From the NCBI GenBank assembly GCA_937898165.1, contig CALDKO010000018.1, positions 1-17,094 of the forward strand: a stretch of 17,094 nt of DNA, given 5' to 3'. Each line of letters opens with the position of its first letter. Position 1 is the stretch's first letter. Shown one piece after another: positions 13,961 through 17,094 of this stretch. The translations under genes were made by a program, and so were the position numbers. The notes beneath the pieces were generated by a model, which saw nothing but the letters and a program-made list of their open reading frames with translations, was not told where the DNA came from and ran no database searches. The stretch comes from an uncultured bacterium (lineage in GTDB: Bacteria; Patescibacteriota; Minisyncoccia; Phycocordibacterales; UBA1006).

Positions 13961-14764
13961 ATGTTAGGACCAAAAAATTTAATCCTTGTCAGACACGGTA
14001 GATCTGAAGGAAATTCCGTGAACAGCAAGTTCAGAAAATCGGGAATGAGCGAATTATTTACTCAAGAATTCCTGGACAGACATGAATCAGAGTATCGCCT
14101 AACCGAACAAGGTGTCAAACAGGCAAAAGAAGCTGGAGATTGGCTGGTAAATAATTTTAACGAAGCTTTTGATCGAATGTATGTTTCGACCCATATTCGT
14201 GCGATGGAAACAGCTGCACATCTGGGGTTACCTGGAAACTGGATAACAGATTTCCGATTACGGGAACGCGATGGCGGATTGTTTAATACTCTTTCACCCA
14301 AAGAACGCGACGAATTATTCAAACACCAACAGAAACATGCAAAGGAAAAACCGTTTTTATGGAGACCTCCGCAGGGCGAGTCAATTGCTGATGTAACGCT
14401 TCGAATGAAAAGTGTTATCGAGACGCTATACCGTGAATTTGAAGGAAAAAACGTGATTATCGTTAATCACGGTCATGTGATACGAGCATTTCGCATTCTA
14501 CTCGAACGAGTTCAGAATTATGATGAATTATGCAGCAACCAAGGCGAATACGCGGTTCATAATTGCTCAATCTGGCATTACACAAGACAAAATCCAAAAA
14601 ATCCAACAGAACGATTGAGTAGTAATTTAAATTGGGTACGTACTATTGATCCAACCACTGATTACAATCAACATGTCGGCGAATGGAAAACGATTGTAAG
14701 GAAAAAATACACCAACGAAGAATTATTCAGAGAAGTAGAAAAAATTGCTCGATTAAAAAAATAA
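13961..14764 (+). CDS. Histidine phosphatase superfamily (phosphoglycerate-mutase-like, branch 1) protein
   Basis: 267-aa ORF with the catalytic RHG motif (LILVRHGRSEGN) and a second His region (IIVNHGHVIRAF); the PPQGES segment is typical of the PGAM-like fold. Confidence 0.85.
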   Translation: MLGPKNLILVRHGRSEGNSVNSKFRKSGMSELFTQEFLDRHESEYRLTEQGVKQAKEAGDWLVNNFNEAFDRMYVSTHIRAMETAAHLGLPGNWITDFRLRERDGGLFNTLSPKERDELFKHQQKHAKEKPFLWRPPQGESIADVTLRMKSVIETLYREFEGKNVIIVNHGHVIRAFRILLERVQNYDELCSNQGEYAVHNCSIWHYTRQNPKNPTERLSSNLNWVRTIDPTTDYNQHVGEWKTIVRKKYTNEELFREVEKIARLKK

Positions 14765-14768
14765 AAAC

Positions 14769-14797
14769 AAACCTTCCCTACTACAGGGAAGGTTTTT
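14769..14797. terminator. Bidirectional intrinsic terminator
   Basis: AAACCTTCCCT-actaca-GGGAAGGTTT followed by TTTATTT; the minus strand reads TTGTTTTTAT after the stem. Serves both the plus-strand phosphatase gene and the minus-strand small ORF. Confidence 0.7.
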
Positions 14798-15044
14798 ATT
14801 TAGTATCATTATATGGCCAATAATCAGGTGTGCATATTTGAATCGTTTGATTTGGTTGAGTTATACAAACGGTTCTCTTTGGCCAGGTAACCAATAGTTG
14901 GAAAATGCCAATTAATACCATTGCCAATGTTAGTAAGGTAACTACACGAGTTAGTTTGATCATTTCCTTGGTAGTATTGCGTTCTTCTTTTTCCAAACGA
15001 TCCAGGGAGTCATCTATTTCTTTAAAATTTTCATTTTGGTTCAT
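14796..15044 (-). CDS. Small single-TM membrane protein, hypothetical
   Basis: 82-aa ORF with a charged N-terminus, one hydrophobic helix (VVTLLTLAMVLIGIFQLLV) and a Cys-containing tail. Lies 24 nt downstream of the GNAT gene, with a terminator directly after its stop. Confidence 0.4.
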   Translation of the reverse strand: MNQNENFKEIDDSLDRLEKEERNTTKEMIKLTRVVTLLTLAMVLIGIFQLLVTWPKRTVCITQPNQTIQICTPDYWPYNDTK

Positions 15045-15068
15045 ATACCCCAGTATACCAAAAATAAC

Positions 15069-15500
15069 CTATTTTGTTTTCATAACCACAATACGATATC
15101 CAACCATTGGTGCAATAAATATATCAAATAATTGCTTTCGTAATTTCATAACACCTGCCGGATGATCCACGACTGAAAAACCATAACGGCTATAAATTTC
15201 TGACATGCCTGGTGTACAGAGTAAGTATAATTCTGAGTAATCATTTTTGGCCTGATCAGATAATTGCTCTGCATATCCATGACGACGAAATTCAGGATAT
15301 ACATACAATGTTCCCAGTTCTGTTGTATCACCAAACTGTTTTATAGTTAAAAACCCAACTATGTTTTCTTTATCATATCCCACATATATTTTTGAGTTTT
15401 TAAAAATTACCAACGGATCAAGAGTTGGTGTGTTTTTTATAATAGTCCACATAATTTTAGGATAATGTAACACCGTAGACTTAATTATATTCATATACAA
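15069..15500 (-). CDS. GNAT-family N-acetyltransferase
   Basis: 143-aa ORF with acetyl-CoA binding motif A (LGTLYVYPEFRRHGYAEQL) of appropriate size. Confidence 0.8.
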   Translation of the reverse strand: MYMNIIKSTVLHYPKIMWTIIKNTPTLDPLVIFKNSKIYVGYDKENIVGFLTIKQFGDTTELGTLYVYPEFRRHGYAEQLSDQAKNDYSELYLLCTPGMSEIYSRYGFSVVDHPAGVMKLRKQLFDIFIAPMVGYRIVVMKTK

Positions 15501-15513
15501 ATTATATCATACA

Positions 15514-15542
15514 AAAAAACCGCTTTGTTAAAAAGCGGTTTT
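15514..15542 (-). terminator. Rho-independent terminator of the apt gene
   Basis: AAACCGCTTT-gttaa-AAAGCGGTTT with flanking A7/T4 runs. Confidence 0.65.
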
Positions 15543-15559
15543 GTACTTAATAGTACATA

Positions 15560-16165
15560 TTAATATTTTACCAATGAAACAATTTTGTCATCAGAAACAT
15601 ATTTCCGAAGAATTTCACGACCTGGTAAAAATGTTAATTCCATAACAAAGTGAAAGCCAATAATTTCAGCTCCACATTTTTTGATAATTTCTGCAGCAGC
15701 CGATGCTGTGCCACCTGTTGCCAGCAAATCATCATGGATTAACACACGATCACCTGACTGAATCAACCCTTTTTGAACCTGAATAGTTTCAAATTGCTTT
15801 CCGCCATCTGCTTTATATTCCTTTTTAAATGTTTGTGAGACCACCTTACCAGGAAGCTTTCCTGGTTTTCTGGCCATGATCATCGGTACAAATGCGGCAG
15901 AGGCAAGACTGAAACCAAACAAAAACCCTCTCGCATCAAAACAAACAATTTTATTAAACGCATGATCACCAGCCTGATCTCTTGGTAATAATTGTTTCAA
16001 GAAATGAAGTGTTTCGCTGGATAATTCTGGATCACACAAAATACTTTGTATGTCTTTAAATTTAACTTTTGGCTCTGGGAAATTATAAAATGTCTTAATC
16101 TTTTTTTTCAGAAATTTCTCGAATTCCTGAATGTCTTTAAAATCTGTAATTGTTGGTGTTTTCAC
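15560..16165 (-). CDS. apt: Adenine phosphoribosyltransferase with approximately 45-aa N-terminal extension
   Basis: PRPP-binding motif VLIHDDLLATGGTASAAAEII. FKDIQSILCDPE and ARGFLFG...KPGKLPG align with E. coli Apt. Confidence 0.9.
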   Translation of the reverse strand: MKTPTITDFKDIQEFEKFLKKKIKTFYNFPEPKVKFKDIQSILCDPELSSETLHFLKQLLPRDQAGDHAFNKIVCFDARGFLFGFSLASAAFVPMIMARKPGKLPGKVVSQTFKKEYKADGGKQFETIQVQKGLIQSGDRVLIHDDLLATGGTASAAAEIIKKCGAEIIGFHFVMELTFLPGREILRKYVSDDKIVSLVKY

Positions 16166-16250
16166 TTTTTTAAATTTATAAGGTATGCAATATCAATTCA
16201 CTGTAACTATATCATATGGGCATTTAGTGTCAAATGTACATTATAAGAAA

Positions 16251-16283
16251 ATTCCTACTCTTTCATCCTGAAAGAGTAGGAAT
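16251..16283 (-). terminator. Long hairpin terminator of the Nudix-like gene
   Basis: ATTCCTACTCTTTCA-tcc-TGAAAGAGTAGGAAT (15-bp stem); the minus strand has TTTTCTT after the stem. Confidence 0.55.
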
Positions 16284-16293
16284 GTATTATTAT

Positions 16294-16824
16294 TTAAAAC
16301 TGATCCAACGCAGGCTTATTACCTGTTTTCAGATAGTCTGCATAAGCAACTAACATGTGCCCGTGATCAAGCCCAAAATCATCCGGGTTAACAATGTTAA
16401 CATCGATATAAAATGCTTCAGACCCTTCATCTCCATCTGGAGCTGGTTCACTGTTAGATTCTGCCATGAGAACGATATCAAACGAATGATATGTTTCAAT
16501 CTGAATATCATGAGGGATACCATCGGGAAATTCATTACCATCCAAAAACCATTCCAGTTTCAATGTGCGAACATCACGCAAAGGCTTTGATCCTGTGCAA
16601 AAGAAACTGATCATTTTCAAGTCAGTTATACTGACCTCTTCTTTTGCTTCAATGATCAATGTCTGCAACCAATTATGATGTCCAACTTTTACCTTACCTC
16701 CCGGCAGAACAAGTTTATTGCCATGCTTGCCCGTACTGCGAAGCACTACTACCATCCATGGCTCGGTTTCCTTGTAAATAATACCAGTAGATGTCGGTAT
16801 TGCAGGTTTCAAAAGATTGTTCAT
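16294..16824 (-). CDS. Nudix-fold hydrolase-like protein with a partly degenerate Nudix box
   Basis: PGGKVKVGHHNWLQTLIIEAKEEVSI aligns with the MutT box PGGKIEMGETPEQAVVRELQEEVGI. EAKEEV is retained (the RE-x2-EE core), but the Gx5E Glu is replaced by His and the box Arg by Ile. Confidence 0.5.
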   Translation of the reverse strand: MNNLLKPAIPTSTGIIYKETEPWMVVVLRSTGKHGNKLVLPGGKVKVGHHNWLQTLIIEAKEEVSITDLKMISFFCTGSKPLRDVRTLKLEWFLDGNEFPDGIPHDIQIETYHSFDIVLMAESNSEPAPDGDEGSEAFYIDVNIVNPDDFGLDHGHMLVAYADYLKTGNKPALDQF

Positions 16825-16938
16825 AATGTATTTTTTTAATGATGAATTTATTCAATTCATACTAACAAGAAAAATAGATATTGTCAATAATTGATAGTTA
16901 AGAAAAAATAAAAAACACTCCCGGTATGGGAATGCTTT

Positions 16939-17043
16939 TTATTTTTTCTTTGTAGTTTTTACAACTTTCTTTGCAATAACTTTTGCTGATGCAGCTGTTT
17001 TCACTGCTTTTTTAACAGCAGCTTTTAAACCTGTGTCAGTTGC
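16939..17043 (-). CDS. Partial CDS (5' part lost at contig end): Lys/Ala-rich C-terminal tail, histone H1/HU-tail-like
   Basis: Minus-strand frame reads ...ATDTGLKAAVKKAVKTAASAKVIAKKVVKTTKKK-stop (stop rc at 16939-16941). The frame continues into adapter sequence, so the true upstream part is missing. Confidence 0.3.
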   Translation of the reverse strand, partial: ATDTGLKAAVKKAVKTAASAKVIAKKVVKTTKKK

Positions 17044-17094
17044 AGATCGGAAGAGCACACGTCTGAACTCCAGTCACATCACGTTATCTCGTAT
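17044..17094. other. Illumina TruSeq indexed-adapter read-through (technical artefact, not genomic)
   Basis: AGATCGGAAGAGCACACGTCTGAACTCCAGTCAC + index-like ATCACGTT + ATCTCGTAT: an exact match to the TruSeq index adapter backbone, present at the 3' contig end. Confidence 0.9.

Noticed and set aside
16825-16938. Candidate minus-strand promoter for the Nudix-like gene (TTGACA at 16887-16882)
   Set aside because: The perfect -35 box is followed at 17 nt only by TAGTTA, a poor -10 element, so it is not listed as a feature.
1-17094. Mobile elements, integrases or transposases, toxin-antitoxin pairs with recognisable domains, phage genes
   Set aside because: No ORF shows DDE, tyrosine or serine recombinase, relaxase or phage structural motifs, and no terminal inverted repeats bracket a gene set. 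The window reads as core plus envelope-accessory chromosome, not an obvious island.

Overview
This is an AT-rich, very compact bacterial contig that looks like a metagenome-assembled fragment. Genes are mostly on the minus strand, separated by 3-60 nt gaps or 4-nt overlaps, and nearly every transcription unit ends in a clear GC-stem/T-run hairpin.

Recognisable housekeeping genes:
- methionyl-tRNA synthetase (metG)
- methionine sulfoxide reductase B (msrB)
- PaaI-type hotdog thioesterase
- adenine phosphoribosyltransferase (apt)
- GNAT acetyltransferase
- histidine-phosphatase (PGAM-like)
- DUF167/YggU
- Nudix-like hydrolase

There are no rRNA or tRNA genes, no CRISPR array, and no obvious transposase or integrase.

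The accessory content is envelope-related:
1. A four-gene minus-strand cluster (8158->5530): ECF sigma factor, overlapping single-pass membrane protein (anti-sigma candidate), secreted Ala-rich internally repetitive protein, and a membrane-anchored DUF4163/DUF3298 (RsiV-type) domain protein. It looks like a split version of the lysozyme-sensing SigV/RsiV module. A 43-bp perfect palindrome sits over the last gene's ribosome-binding region.
2. A 786-aa flotillin/SPFH-like membrane protein whose N-terminal beta-hairpin motif is amplified into five or six tandem ~65-aa units. Two units share 26-nt identical DNA cores. Its C-terminal EA-rich region carries a 33-nt tandem repeat.
3. A 571-aa extremely acidic protein with an N-terminal HTH, divergent from a histidine phosphatase gene across a perfect 17-bp-arm inverted repeat that embeds a TTGACA box in each arm.
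4. A secreted Excalibur (DxDxDGxxCE) calcium-binding protein, a UVR-domain protein, and a secreted possibly lysozyme-like protein.

The last 51 nt of the window are Illumina TruSeq adapter read-through, so the right contig end is artefactual. Functional calls rest on motif recognition by eye, not database searches.
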